This document shows positions 1 to 12,490 of a stretch of DNA of 64,000 nt, one piece after another. Made by a program: the position numbers and the translations under genes. The DNA is taken from positions 51,586,001-51,650,000 of the forward strand of contig NC_058382.1 of the NCBI RefSeq assembly GCF_018350175.1. The letters are read 5' to 3'. A model generated the notes under the pieces. That model searched no databases, was not told the origin of the DNA, and worked only from the letters and a program-made list of their open reading frames with translations. The first letter of the stretch is position 1. Every line of letters begins with the position of its first letter. The stretch comes from Felis catus (taxonomy: Eukaryota).

Positions 1-38
1 TTGCGGTAATTTGTTACACAGCCATGCAGCTAATACAG
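1..38 (+). mobile_element. 3' end of MaLR (MLT1-type) LTR, cut by window edge
   Basis: ggtaatttgttacacagcc...ctaataca resembles the MLT1 3' terminus. Confidence 0.6.
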
Positions 39-43
39 ATGAC

Positions 44-480
44 GACTTAGGTTGGGTCCCTGAGAAGCAGATCCGGAGACTGAGACAGATGCAGGGGCAT
101 GTGGTTCGCTGAGGGGCTTCTCTTCAGGAAAAACCTAGAAGGATAGAGTGAGGCAGGAAAGGAAGGAAAGAACTGAAGAAGCACATGGTCTCAGGTGAGT
201 TTCAGCCACAGCCTGGCCCAGGGAGGCTCTGGGGCATTAATTACACCACTGGGCTATCATCCTTGAAGCAAGGGGGTCAAGGCTGTGGTCCTCGTGTATC
301 TACCAGACGTCAGCTGTGGGCTGTTCCCCTTTGAGCATAGCTTCCTGGATGAGAAAGCTCTTACCAGTGGAAGGAAATTCTCCAGACAAGGGGGCAGATG
401 AGAGCCATGAGCGGGGGGCGGGGGGGAAGGGTCTACTCATCTATAAAGGGACTCTGGGTAGAGCTCACAGCACTGCTATG
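44..480 (-). mobile_element. ERVL LTR (LTR16/LTR33-like), degenerate
   Basis: Starts gacttaggttgggtccctgagaagcaga...ctgaga, matching the reverse complement of the LTR16-type 3' end; internal ggagctctggg and gggggcag motifs. Confidence 0.6.
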
Positions 481-1496
481 AATGCGATCTCTCAGTGACC
501 ACTCTGTTCCCCAGAGCTCCGGCTTCTTCCACACAGGCTGGGGCTGCACAATGTGGCCTCCCTGGTGACGGCCCCTCTTCAATGCTTATTCTTCTCTAGC
601 ACGTCCTTTTACCCCCTTGGATCTGGAGACAAGTTAGGATTACTGTGGGCCCAGGAGAGGAGAGTGTCTGTTTACGTCCCAGAAAGAAAACACAAGAGTA
701 GAAAAAAAATGACCATGTTAATCTGGACAGAGGCTGTAACACTTGTAAATCCAGGCAGCCCTGATGTCCTGTAAGTCGAGAAGCTTCCCAACTGAACTGA
801 GACACACAGGCACTGTCGCTCTTTCAAATTCACGCCTCTAGTTATTTAGCTTTTACTGTCTGTACTTACTGGTACTTTGGAAGTCCCTTATTGTCCATGC
901 CCTTAACACTGTTAGCAGGAGGAGAGGGTACAGTTCATTAAGAAGACGAAGGAAAACAGACCAAGTCACAGTGTTGGTTGATCCAGCTCAAACAGTAAGC
1001 CCAGAAGAGCTGCAGAAAGTTCGGCCGCTAGGGGTGGGTCAGAATCCACAAGGAGCCCCTCGCGTCCGTGGAAAGCTCCATTTGGGGTCTTGATCCCACA
1101 GAACTCAGCCAACAAACCAACACAGCCTGAGATTCCTGCTTAGGAGTTTGGTGCTGGATGTAGCCCCAACTGGCCTCAAATGTCTATAAAAACATCAGAT
1201 GTTTCTTGTAGAGTGGATCTCTTAGCATACCGCTAAGCCCAACGAAGCTTGAGACATCCACTTCTGAGTCCTGCTTTGGGTGGCGCTACAAAAGTTCCTC
1301 TTCTGTCCCCTACTTGTGTCTTTGCCAGCTTCTGGAGACCAAGAAGATGATGGGGGCAGGGGAGGGGGAGACAGAACACCCTGCCATCTTTCACTGACGG
1401 GTTCCTGGCTCATGCCGCCGGGTTAGAACTGTGTGTGTCCCAGTGGCCCTGATGTTGCCATAGTTTCTTTAAGAAAAGGGAAGCTGGGAAGGGACA

Positions 1497-1851
1497 TAAG
1501 TCAGTCAGAGAAAGAGAGATATCATCTATTTTCACTCATGTGTGGAACTTGAGAAACTTAACAGAGGACCATGGGGGAAGGGAAGGGGAAAAAGTCGTTT
1601 CAAACAGAGAGGGAGGCAAACCATGAGAGACTCTTAAATGCAGAGAACCAACTGAGGGTTGATGGAGGGGCGGGGGAGGGGGGGCAGAGCAGAGGAAGGG
1701 GAGAAATGGGTGACGGGCAGTGAAGAGGGCACTTGTCAGGATGAGCACTGGGTGCCCTATGTAAGTGATGAATCGTGGGACTCTACCCCCGAAACCAAGA
1801 GCACACTGTATACGCTGTATGTTAGCAAACTTGACGATAAATTTACAAAAA
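1497..1851 (+). mobile_element. Carnivore L1 3' end (5'-truncated)
   Basis: aagtcagtcagagaaag...gatgagcactgggtg...tgatgaatc L1 3'UTR; approximate TSD gggaagctggg at 1478-1488 and 1854-1864. Confidence 0.9.
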
Positions 1852-2369
1852 GGGGGAAGCTGGGGTCTTGTTTCTGGGGTTTCAGGTGTCTGAAGGTTCA
1901 CCACTGACTTGTATCTGCGTTTCCAGATACAGCCTCTACTGGGGAGGTTCCCAGTATCCACTGGTCAAATAATTCATAGTCCCTCCAGTCTGATATGTTT
2001 CCCCAGTTGTACTGTGACACAGAAGATTCTCAACATTCTCCTTCCACAACATCCAGCACGGAACACATGTGTGAACCCTTTTGCTGAGTGAACGGGCCAC
2101 AGGCCAACAGTTTTGAGACGTGGCATTTTAGGAAGGAGACGTGACCGGGGCCCCCTGGCCTCCTCACCCCAGGCGTGTTCGCACGTCAGGCCTTGTGCAC
2201 CCCGGCTCTCTCGACCAGATGTGCCCTTCCCCCGGACGGCCACCGTCTGCTCAGCTACCCCAAGGCTTTATGTCCCCTCTCAGAGAAGCCCCCGTGTCTA
2301 AAATTCCAACTCCCTCTCCTGCTCTGGTGTTTTTTACTTACAACTTAAGGACATCAAACGTCTGAAATG

Positions 2370-2535
2370 CTTTTAAGTATTCATCTTGTATCTTCTTTGT
2401 CTCCCCACTAAGCACCATGAAGGTGGGATTCTTTTCTTCGTTGTTCACTGTTCTATCCCAAGCCCCTAAAACAGGTCAGCACACAATACACACTCGCTAA
2501 ATATCCAGTGAATTAACAAATGAGTAAATGATGGA
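2370..2535 (+). mobile_element. L2 3' end
   Basis: gtctcccccact...catgaagg...gttcactg...aaatat...gaat...aatgagtaaatga L2 terminus. Confidence 0.7.
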
Positions 2536-3184
2536 TTCACCTTTGCATCCCAACACGGGTTCTGCTACCTACTGGAGGTCTGAGTCCCAAACACGAGACG
2601 CGTTCTATCCGGGGATTTGGATGCCCCTTGACCCTCATGAGCCTTCGAGAACTCCGACGTCCACAGGCTACCTTCCTCTTTATTTGCTTTACTTGACGCT
2701 CTTCAGAAACAACATCTTGCCGTTTCCTGAGAAAGGAAAGACATCTCTGTTCAAAAGAGGACTTTCAATCAAGGAGCCTGAACAAACAACCTTGCTGAGT
2801 CTTTCTGTGGGAACGAAGCACAACTTGAAGTGCCCCTGGTGTCCTCGGCCGTCCCGAGCAAGCCTGTGCAAGCGCTAATGAATCATTTCCATCTTTGCCA
2901 TAAACCGGGGTCACGAGTGAGAGTATTGTTCTTGGACGAGAACACGCGTCCTCGAGAAACTCACACTTGGGGTGACCTCAGCAGTAGGCCAGACTGTCTG
3001 TGTCTCTCCGGGGCAGACAGCATGAGCGTTTGAGTTACAGCAGCAGGAAGTTCCCTCCTCTGCGAGCTTGGGTGTAGACTTCCTAAGCCCCAGAAGGAAA
3101 AGTGGGCAGCCGTAAGGTGTCGGCAGAGTAACTCAGGTACAGAACACATTACAGGACTCAACGTCTACCAGGGCTTGCGTTTAA

Positions 3185-3186
<2 letters not shown>

Positions 3187-3216
<30 letters not shown>
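3187..3216. repeat. (GT)n microsatellite
   Basis: Uninterrupted GT run. Confidence 0.95.
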
Positions 3217-3219
<3 letters not shown>

Positions 3220-3327
3220 ACTGCACGTGTGTGTTTATTTTAAGAGGAGAAGTGGCACAAAACATGAGAAAGAGGCAGTAAAATTCCTTGAGTAAGACCT
3301 GTATCTCTACTTTAAAAGGTCTACTGA

Positions 3328-3545
3328 GGGGCCCCTGGGTGGCTCAGTCTGTTAATGCATCTGATTCTTGATTTCGGCTCAGGTCATGATCTCATGGTTT
3401 GTAAGATCGAGCCCCGCACTGGGCTCCGTGCTGACAGCACAGAGGCTGCATGGGATTCTCTCTCTCTCCCTCTCTCTCTCTGTCCCTCCTCTTTTGTGCT
3501 CTTTCTCTCTCTCAAAAATAAATAAATAAACTTTAAAAAAAAATT
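3328..3545 (+). mobile_element. CAN-SINE (SINEC)
   Basis: ggggcccctgggtggctcagt head, (CT)n tract, AATAAA/A tail. Confidence 0.95.
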
Positions 3546-3554
3546 AACAAATAA

Positions 3555-3770
3555 GGAGGACCTGGGTGGCTCTGTCTGTTAAGCATCCAACTTCGGCTCC
3601 GGTCACGACCTCCCGGTTTGTGGGTTTGGGCCCCTCGGTGCTGACCGCTCAGAGCCTGGATCCTGCTTTAGATTCTGTGCCTCCCTCTCTCTCTCTTCCC
3701 CTCTCCCACTCATGCTCTTTTTTTGTCTCGAAAATAAATATTTAAAAATTTTAATTTTTTTTTTAAAAAA
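3555..3770 (+). mobile_element. CAN-SINE (SINEC), tandem with previous copy
   Basis: cctgggtggctc head, CT tract, A/T tail. Confidence 0.9.
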
Positions 3771-3949
3771 GGGTCTTTTGAACTTGTCTGTAGAAGAGAG
3801 AACAGTCTGCTCTCTTCTGTGATGTGACATACTACAACACATCTAGGCTCCCTGCAGCCCCTGTGGTTGAATCCCAGTTTTACCAGATTTTTTAAAAAAT
3901 GCAATAAAAATAGTTCCTAGTTGCTAAGAGCCCATTTTGTGTTACAAAC

Positions 3950-4120
3950 GGAGCCTTTCGCTTCACATCTTTCTCATCCTGACAGCAATGCCGTGACGCA
4001 GGACACGTTCTTCCCCCTTTATTCGAGATGAAGCCATCAAGTCTCAGAGGGCTCAGATGCCATCCCCAGAAATGGCAAGGCTGGGATTCAGATCCAAGTC
4101 CGCCGACTCCAGACTGCAGC
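3950..4120 (-). mobile_element. MIR
   Basis: Reverse-complement MIR core: gatgaagcc...tcagaggg...ctgggattcagatccaagtc...gactccaga. Confidence 0.7.
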
Positions 4121-4476
4121 GTCTGGGTGGGTCCGTCTGCTGAGGGATGACAGGAAAGCCCAGCTCTCCTTGCGTACTTGGTTATTTGCCTCTGAAGGGT
4201 GGGAGAGCTGTTGCCGATCTCATTTCTTAGCCCCTCCGTTAGACAAGCCATGGAACCAGTTCCCTATTCTCTATCACCTCTGTTGGAAAGACCTGGACTG
4301 TCTCTGGATTCGTGGCCACATTCTGGCCAATGCACACATCTTCTTTCAGGAAACAATCAAGCAAACAGTATTCAGAGCAGGTACACAACTGATCTCGCAA
4401 CTGCAGTCACAACCACAGCACAGAGTAAAGGGGCAACTGAGTGGTCATTGGCACAATTTAAATAATCTGAATTCGG

Positions 4477-4678
4477 GGGGCGCTTGGGTGGCTCAGGAAG
4501 CTAAGCGTCTGACTCTCGGTTTCGGCTCAGGTCATGATCTCACGGTTCATGAGTTGGAGCCCCGTGTTCGGCTCTATGTTGGGCTCTATGTTGGGCTCTA
4601 TGCTGACAGTGCAGACCTTGCTTGAGATTCATATTCTCTCTCTCTCTCTCTCTCTCAAAATAAATAAACTTTAAAAAA
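4477..4678 (+). mobile_element. CAN-SINE with internal 12-bp triplication
   Basis: SINEC head, CT tract, A tail; tgtt(c/g)ggctcta x3 at 4565-4600. Confidence 0.93.
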
Positions 4679-4691
4679 TGCAAGCTGGAAT

Positions 4692-4840
4692 AAATTGCAC
4701 TACTAGGTATTTACCTAAAGGATACAAAAAATATTAATTTGAAGGAATACATGCACCCCAATGTTTATAACAGCGTTATCAACAATAGCCAAATTATGGA
4801 AAGAGCCCAAATGTCCACTGACTGATGAATGGTAAAGAAG

Positions 4841-4873
<33 letters not shown>

Positions 4874-5261
4874 GGAATATTACTCACTATAAAAAAATAA
4901 TGAAATATTGCCATTTACAATCACATGGATGGAGGTAGAGAGTATTATGCTAAGTGAAATACGTCAGAGGAAGACAAACACCATACGATTTCACTCATGT
5001 GGAATTTCAGAAACAAATGAACATGGGGAGGAGAGAGACAAAGCATAAAACAGACTCAACTATATAGAGAGGAAACTGACGGTTGCTGGAGGGTTGGTGG
5101 GTGGGGGGATGGGTTAAATAGGTGACAGCGATTAAGGGGGGGCGTGTGATGAGCACCAGATGTTCTATCTAAGTGTCAAATCACTAAAGTCTACACCTGA
5201 AACTAACATGACACTTCATGTGCACTAACTAGAATTTAAATGAAAACTTGCGGAAAAAAAG
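4692..5261 (+). mobile_element. Carnivore L1 3' end (ORF2 C-terminal remnant + 3'UTR)
   Basis: aattgcactactaggtatttacc...aaagagcccaaatgtcca; internal (AC)n; TSD aatgcaagctggaat / aacgtaagctggaat. Confidence 0.92.
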
Positions 5262-5390
5262 AACGTAAGCTGGAATGAGCATTGGCTTTTAACCTTAATA
5301 GTAATTCCTGATGAGTTGAGACTGCAAGATGCAAATAGAGCTTTATTATGTCACTTTAAGGTTGAAGGAGGACATTAGGACTTGCTTATT

Positions 5391-5520
5391 GGGGCGCCTG
5401 GGTGGCTCAGTCAGTTAAGCATCCGACTTCGGTTCAGGTCATGATCTCATGGTTTGTGAGTTTGAGCCCGGTGCATCTGGCTCCACACTGACAGCGCGGA
5501 GCCTGCTTGGGATTCTTTCT
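5391..5520 (+). mobile_element. CAN-SINE, 3'-truncated
   Basis: Intact head ggggcgcctgggtggctcagtc; stops at gggattct with no CT tract or tail. Confidence 0.9.
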
Positions 5521-5524
5521 TGCA

Positions 5525-5680
5525 CGTAACTCAGGTGAGCTATTTCAGCCTGAGCCTCTTGTTCTCATCAGGACAAAAGATTTGTGCTGCGGGGTCATCG
5601 CTCAGATCAGAAATGGTGCGTGCAGAGTATCAAAGCACAATTCCTGACATGCGAAGGCAGCCGATAAATGTTACTTATTT
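5525..5680 (+). mobile_element. MIR 3' half
   Basis: ctgagcctc...ctcatc...cctgacat...ataaatgtta. Confidence 0.6.
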
Positions 5681-6524
5681 TTCTCGCATTTTTCAATCAG
5701 CCTCAGGAAGCCGCAAGATTCCAAAAAGGCTGCAACCAAACATTTTTCGGGAGAGGCGAGAGAAACGCATTGCTTTTGGTTCAGGAGAAAGTGGGAAAAC
5801 AACGTTTAAGATGATGGGCTATGTCCTTAATAACATTACCTGAAAGAATGCTAACACTTAGAAGATTCAGGGTGGGGGTGGGCCAGAAGAAAAGTAGGAC
5901 AAAAAAGGTTGTTTTGGTGTTGTTGTTTTATCACTCAGCCAGGAAATGCTCACTTAGCTTCTCTTTAATCTGTGGGTAGGGGAGAGACCGGAATCAAGAG
6001 GCCTCGTGCTGACTATTGAGATCCGGGCTAGCCATCAGGAAACCTGGGCGCTGGTCTCAGCTCCTTTCCCCTCTCCGGGCCTCAGTTTCCCTTTCTGCTA
6101 ACAAATTATTAGGTTAGTGGCAGCTGTGCTCTTTAAAACGGGCATGTAGCACCACTTACTAGGGTCTGACTCCGTGCATTCCTGGGAGAGGCCCCAAGAT
6201 CATTTATGCCCCAGAGCTCCGGATTCTGACAGGAGCTCCTGCAAAATCTCCAGGCCTAGGACTTGAAGGGTCCCCTCTGGGTTTCAGACTCCCTCAGACC
6301 ATGCATCGACACCTACTGAAGAGGAACAGGAAAGAGCGGCCAGTGAAGGTCACGGGAGACAGAGAAGGCTCTGGGAAAACTGGCTTCAACTCGGAAGGGT
6401 GGTTAAGAGTAGCGCAGAAATGAAAGAAGAAGTCTTTCCAGGTTGGAAATTTCAATCTGTTGGTAGAACCCAGAAAAGGCGCGGGAGGGGTGTTGGAGAG
6501 CGAGGCCAAACCACAAAGGCAAGT

Positions 6525-6690
6525 GACTCAACACGGGTCCAAACCCAGCTCCACAACTCTGTGACCGTGAACAAGAATTTATTTTCTCTGAGTTCTATTT
6601 TCCTCATCTATAAAAAGGAGACCATAATAGTACCTCCATCAGAGATTTTGAGGGTTAACTAGAACACTATACTGTGCACTCATCAATGTT
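6525..6690 (+). mobile_element. MIR
   Basis: cccagctccac...tgtgacc...ttcctcatctataaaa...ataatagtacct MIR core. Confidence 0.8.
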
Positions 6691-6863
6691 CCCAGTAAAA
6701 GAGAAGGAACACCATGACCGTTGTCATTATTTCTATTAAGTTCTACAGATCCCTTTGGATGGTTCACTGTCCCTGTCAACTCAACATGCCTGTGCTTTAA
6801 GCCACCGTGCAAAACGCCATCCCACGGTGGGAACATGGGATCTGGGGTCTGGAAGAGAAGCTG

Positions 6864-7063
6864 GCTATTTGATATTTGGAGCCGGGAATTCTTTCTGGGG
6901 GGGCCGGGGGCTGTCCTGTGAGTTGTAGGAAGTCTAGCAGCATCCCTGGCCCCCACCCACTAGATGCTGATAGCATCTCCCAGTTGTGACAACCCAGAAA
7001 GAATCCGGACTTTGTCAGAGGTCCCCTGGAGGGGCACACTCGCCCCAATAGTTAACAACTACT
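6864..7063 (-). mobile_element. MER20 hAT DNA transposon
   Basis: gggctgtcctgtg...agcagcatccctggcc...cactagatgc...cccagttgtgacaacc matches MER20 reverse complement. Confidence 0.85.
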
Positions 7064-8091
7064 GATTTAGAGTAATGGAAACCCATTTCTCAGGAGAAGG
7101 GAAGAATTAGCTAACTAGAGGATTTAACTGGTGGGGGGGGGTGGGGAGGGGTGCCGATTTTAAAGAGATAGCAGATATTTGTTTTGGGGTTATGTTTTTG
7201 CCTATTTCAAAATCTCAGACCCGTCTACCACAAGGTAGTCCATAAATGAGTTGAAGAACCAGTGGTTTCTGTACAGTAATCCGTTCCCCTCCTCCCCCCA
7301 CCACCACCGGATGGAAAGAGTGTCTAAGTCCCAATTACTAACCGCAAGCACAGTTCTTGGCTGAGCCCCAGAGGGCTTTTCTGTTCTTCCTTCAGTTACA
7401 CAGTTGCCACGGAGATCCCAGAGACTCCCGCCCAGCGCTTGCCTGACCTCTCATCTCCCCAAGATGCTCAGATGGCCCAGGGAAATCCTGGAGAGGACCT
7501 GCCAAGAGCTGTGACCAAGGTAACAGATCTGCCTCCTTATCTATCAGCCGGTCAACTTCCCCCAATTCTTTCCAAGAGGAAAAGTTAACCAGGCAGCCGG
7601 GCTCATCAGAACTGCCCGACGAAGGCCAGCTGGCCGGGCTGGCCACCCCCTGGCCTACTCAGCTGCACGGCCTCCAGGCCAGGCCCAGACACAGGCAGGA
7701 AAAGCCGACGTACCCGTTTTCCTCGAAGGCAGCCTGCCTTTCCAGCACCATATCAGCTAAGTCACCTCTCCTTCCTCCCTGCTCAGACTCTGAAGTGTCC
7801 TCTGTCTTCTCCCGCCCTGTCCTGGCCTTCAGAGTCAGGTGGGCCAAACCGAGAGAGTTTCCTGGAGCTGAACATTATTCAAATACTCCAGGTGAGCACT
7901 TCAAGCAGCTGATACAGTCAAGTGCTGTTCTTAACTTCTAGAATGTTCTTTGTCGTCCCTACTTCACCCTCAACCACTTTGTTCTTCAGCTGAGGCTTTT
8001 GCCCCTGGCGTTTCCTGTGTGGAAGGGTCACCTGTTTACACTTCAAACAACCATTTGAGGACATTAAACAGATTGCATGCTTAACTTTTCT

Positions 8092-8307
8092 TTTTTTAAA
8101 GATTTTTTTTTTAATGTTTGTTTATTTTTGAGAGAGAAGGGAGTGTGTGAGCAGGGGAGGGGCAGAGAGAGAAGGAGCGAGAGAGGATCCCAAGCAGGCT
8201 CTGTGCTGTCAGCACGGAGCCTGACACAGGGCTCGATGTCATAAACCGTGAGATTGTGACCTGAGCCAAACTCGGACGCTCAACTGCCTGGGCCACCCAA
8301 GTGCCAC
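8092..8307 (-). mobile_element. CAN-SINE
   Basis: T tail, (GA) tract, ...gccacccaagtgcc end; approximate TSD taact...tttt. Confidence 0.93.
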
Positions 8308-8997
8308 TAACTCTTTTTTTTTTTTTTTTAATCCCCCGTACCTAACTCTGTGCCCGACACCTAGCAGGTGCTTGGCATGGATCGTTAAAGTCGTCAACAG
8401 GATCTGACAACTTCCACTGCTTCTCAGCTCGGACTTGATTCTGAAGTTCAATCACTCGCGCAGTTAGCTCCTTCCCTCTCTCGGTCGTGAATTTAACCAC
8501 ACTGCGGTGGTTTCTGGAAGGCCTAATGTGTGTCGGGCACTGCACCGGGCACTAGGGCTGTGTGTTGGAAGAAACGGACACGGCCTCCAAACTCACGTCG
8601 TGCTTGGGTATTCCAAAATCCAGACCTCTCACTAACTCAGACTGACCACCCCTCCAAGTTGAGTTTCACAGTGTGTAAAGAGTCAAGGAACTCAGAGCTT
8701 CTGCCCCCCGAGGGAGGAACTTTAAAGGTCTATGTTCAATCATACCATTCACTTGAGCCCACTCTCCTCTTTGGTCCATCCAAAGCCTCTGTCCTTTTTG
8801 TTTTCTTCCCTTCCTCCCCATTTTCACTCCCATTCTCTCTCCCATACTATATTTCATATGCACCCTTTAATATGCTCCTGACCTTGTCAGTTACGTTTTA
8901 TGTATACATATGTGCACGTGCACTTAATTCCCACTGAAGGTTGTGCTTAATTCCCACTGAAGGTTCCCACTAAAGGTTCAAAACCATATCCTGTTTT

Positions 8998-9213
8998 GGG
9001 GCCCCCAGGTGGCTCCATCAGTTGAGCGTCCGACTTTGGGTCAGGTCATGATCTCATAGTTCGTGAGTTCGAGCCCCGCATCGGGCTCTGTGCTGACAGT
9101 TCAGGGACTGGAGCCTGCTTCGGATTCCGTGTCTCCCTCTCTCTCTGCTCCTCCCCTGCTCACACTCTGTCTCTCTCTCAAAAATAAAGATTAAAAACAA
9201 ATTTTGTTAATAC
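8998..9213 (+). mobile_element. CAN-SINE
   Basis: SINEC body; TSD aaa(c/t)catatcctgttt on both sides. Confidence 0.95.
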
Positions 9214-9309
9214 AAAAATCATATCCTGTTTCTTTTCTCAATTCGAATTTTTTACAAAACCTGTGCATCATACGTCCAATGAGTTCATTTAGAACACTGC
9301 ACAGTATTC

Positions 9310-9844
9310 AGATTAGCTTCCTATGGTGGCTGCAACAAATCGTCACGAACTTACGGGCTTAAGCAATACAAGTTTATTACCTTACAGTTCTGGAGGCCAG
9401 AAGTCGGGAATGGGTCTCGCCAGGCAGAAGTCGAGATATCAGCAGAGCTACGTTCCTTCCCAGGAACGACTCTGTTCTCTCTAGATGCCATGGCTCTAGG
9501 GGAGAATCGGTTTCCTTGCCTTTTCTAGCTCCAGAGGCCACCCGTTTTCCTTACTCTGTGGGCCACCTTCAAGGCAATGGCACGTCGTCTTTCTGAAATC
9601 ACATCGCTCTGACACTGATGTCGCCGTCTCCTCCTTTCACACATGAAGCCTTTTGTGATGACACTGGGCCCTCCTGGGTGATCCACGATAATCTATTTTA
9701 AAATCAGCGGATTAGCAACCTTACTATTATACAACCTCCATCCCCCTTTGCTATATTATGTATTCACAGCTTCCAGGAATTAGGACGTGGACCCGTTTGG
9801 GGGTGGGGGCAGTGGTAGGGGGGAGCATTTTTCTGCCTGCTGCA
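9310..9844 (-). mobile_element. MaLR MLT1 (C/D-like) solo LTR inserted in an old L1M fragment
   Basis: ttacagttctggaggccagaagtc, tctaggggagaatc, ggattaggacgtggac-like motifs; gtattc duplicated on both sides. Confidence 0.85.
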
Positions 9845-10149
9845 GTATTCCATAATGTATGCCCACCATATTTTAATGAATCCAAGTTTCTATCTCCAGG
9901 GAAATGAAAGGACCCCCAGCAACACCCCCTCCCCTATAATTCCTCAATCAAAGAGTACCTTGTTGTTCATCCTAGCAGATCTAGGAGAGAATTTCTTGGG
10001 GCTATATAGACCTAGGAATGGTATCACTAAGTCTTAAGTAATATTTATAGCTGTGATACTATATGACTTCAGAAAAACACAGAAAAATTCACTTTCAGAC
10101 TCCCAAGCAGGCTAGCAGTATTTCTACAGAAAATATCTAAAGAAGACAT

Positions 10150-10758
10150 TAGAGCCCTTCCCAAATTTCTGGTCTCTCACCACCTTCCAGGCACATGGTG
10201 GGATCGCCCTCCCCTGACCCCTGAGAAGTTAGGCATGGTCACGTGACTTGCTTTGGCCAACAAAGGAAGTATGAGAAGCGAGAATGTGTTCTACAGACCA
10301 AAGTTTTTTTGCTTTTTTTAACGTTTATTTATCTGAGAGAGACAGAGCACGGGCCGGAGAGGAACAGAGAGAGAGGGGAACACAGAATCGAAAGCAGGCT
10401 CCAGGCTCTGAGTCGTTAGCACAGAGCCTGATGTGGGGCTTGAACCCACAAACTGTGAAATCATGACCTGAGCTGCAGTCGACGCTCAACTGGGTCACCC
10501 AGGAGCCCCTCTACAGACCAAAGTTTTGAGAGCCAGTGCACAGCTGTGCCCGGAGAGCACAAACTTAAATGCTGACACAAAGCCTCCATCAGGCTGGGTC
10601 TCTAAGTGACCCCAACGGACCTCTGACCTCTATCACCCCCACCCTTGCCAACTCACTGGGTAGTACTGTTCAAAAAAAAAGAAACTTTTATTATGTAAAA
10701 CCAGTGAATTGTACGGTGTTTCTTTATTCTACCATAAAGTAGCCTATCCTGCCCAACA
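10150..10758 (+). mobile_element. Old MLT1 (J/K-like) LTR interrupted by SINE
   Basis: gttaggcatggtcacgtgacttgctttggccaa...gagagccagtg...agcctatcctg. Confidence 0.7.
10308..10509 (-). mobile_element. CAN-SINE
   Basis: Perfect 18-bp TSD tctacagaccaaagtttt (10290-10307, 10510-10527). Confidence 0.96.
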
Positions 10759-12299
10759 GGTCTTTAAGACCAGGAAGTTGCCCACTTTCAACTCTATTTA
10801 GATACTGAGAATCTTTATAGAGTAATTTTTATCACGTTTTTCCTCCTTTAGCCCTCAAATGAGTCGCCTTCCCCTTTCCCGCCAGGAACACCCCTGAGAT
10901 CTACGAAATCGTCTCTTTGCTCCAGGTTCCTGCTCACTGACTGGCAAGTCAAAGGACTTCTGTGCATCACCCACGTGTACCTGGAGTTCAAGGACGCTTT
11001 TCATCATGCCGAGGTAGAAAAGGCAGTTACCTGGCACAGTGGGAGTGGTCAAATAATACCAACTCAAGAGATTGTTTTCCTAATCTTACATGTACCAACC
11101 AAGGCTCAGAGAGGATGGGAGGCCGGCCAGGGTCACACAGCCAGAAACAAGAGGCGTCAGGATGAGAATCCAGCTTCCGTGCAGTGCAGCAGACTTCCCC
11201 GTTGGGCAGCTCAGAGAACAGCATCCCGTGATACCATCCGGGATGTAACCTCTCTCTGCCATGCCCCCTCCCCCCACCCCACAGACACAGAGCTTAAACA
11301 CAAGAATCAGTGCATGGATTCCCTTCCCTGTTTTGGAAGAATGCAAACGCAAATGATGGTCTCCTGTCTATTTCCAATGAAATTAGCATTTGGGCTAAAG
11401 GCTGCCCAGCATCTCTGTCACACATTTGCTAAAACTTCCTCTCTGGTCAATTGCGAACGGAGCCCCACAAGCCCTCTCCATCAGGTGGGATATCGCGCAC
11501 CATGATGTAAGTCCAGGGTCTCAGGAGACATAAACAACTGAATCACCAAGTGTTCCTGGAAGTAAATATAAACTGGACGGTACGGGGACATACGAGGAGA
11601 CTCCAGGCAAAAAAAAAAAGCGGGGGGGGGGGGGGCATGTTCAGTTTCAAATACAAATGAGAGCTTGAATGGGGAAGAAACCGAAATGACCCATTTCCTC
11701 TCATATTATCATAACTGTGTTTAACAGTGACCCTAGATGTACTGGGAGGCTTGTCTGTCGGCAGATGGTGTGGCTTTCCTTATCAGTCCATCAGCTGGGC
11801 TAACATGACCCTGTGGAAATGTTTTTCTCCTCTGCATCTGTGCAAATAAACACTGGTAATTTCTAATATCAAGCTGCTTGCCTGTAAAGTGATCTAAGTG
11901 ATGTAAACTTAATGCACAAATTATGGCTCACTTCCACTTGGACCTAAGACATCAACTGGCAAATTCCTCTGATTTCGCCTTTTGTCCTTGCTCTTGACCC
12001 TGACAGATTATCACCCCGAAAGTGAGTAAACGGTCCTACGCCAGAGGGTCCCATTTGTTTCTAGGTCTCAAACTTCTACTTCTTTCAAAGGGAATGTGGG
12101 TTGTGACCCCAGACGGCTTGACGTGATTGTTAACACGCTCCCCTCATGGTGCTCAGAACCCAGAGATCCCGAACAAGGAGGCTAAAGGATTTGACCGGCA
12201 CGGAGCTAGTAATGGTCCTGGGGGATGCTACATGTTTGCGCACGATGTAAGAGGGCTTGAGCCATGGCACGGACCTCTAGAGGAGAGGATACAACGGAG

Positions 12300-12490
12300 C
12301 GCCCGAGAGCTTAGGATCCAAACCTGGGTTCAAATGCTGCTCTCCCATGAAGTGGCCCCTTGCCCCGGAGGGATTGACTCAAACTTTCCCAGTCTGTTTC
12401 AGAGCTCACTTGGGAGAAGAGGATAATAGAGGGAGTCGGTGTGAGAGAATTAAGTAAAATCATTTAGGTAAATGCTTAACTGTCCTTGTA
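12300..12490 (+). mobile_element. MIR
   Basis: acctgggttcaaat...gtgagagaattaagt...gtaaatgctta. Confidence 0.6.

Noticed and set aside
10975..11505. 176-aa ORF
   Set aside because: Non-ATG start, runs through a MIR-like fragment, no recognisable domain
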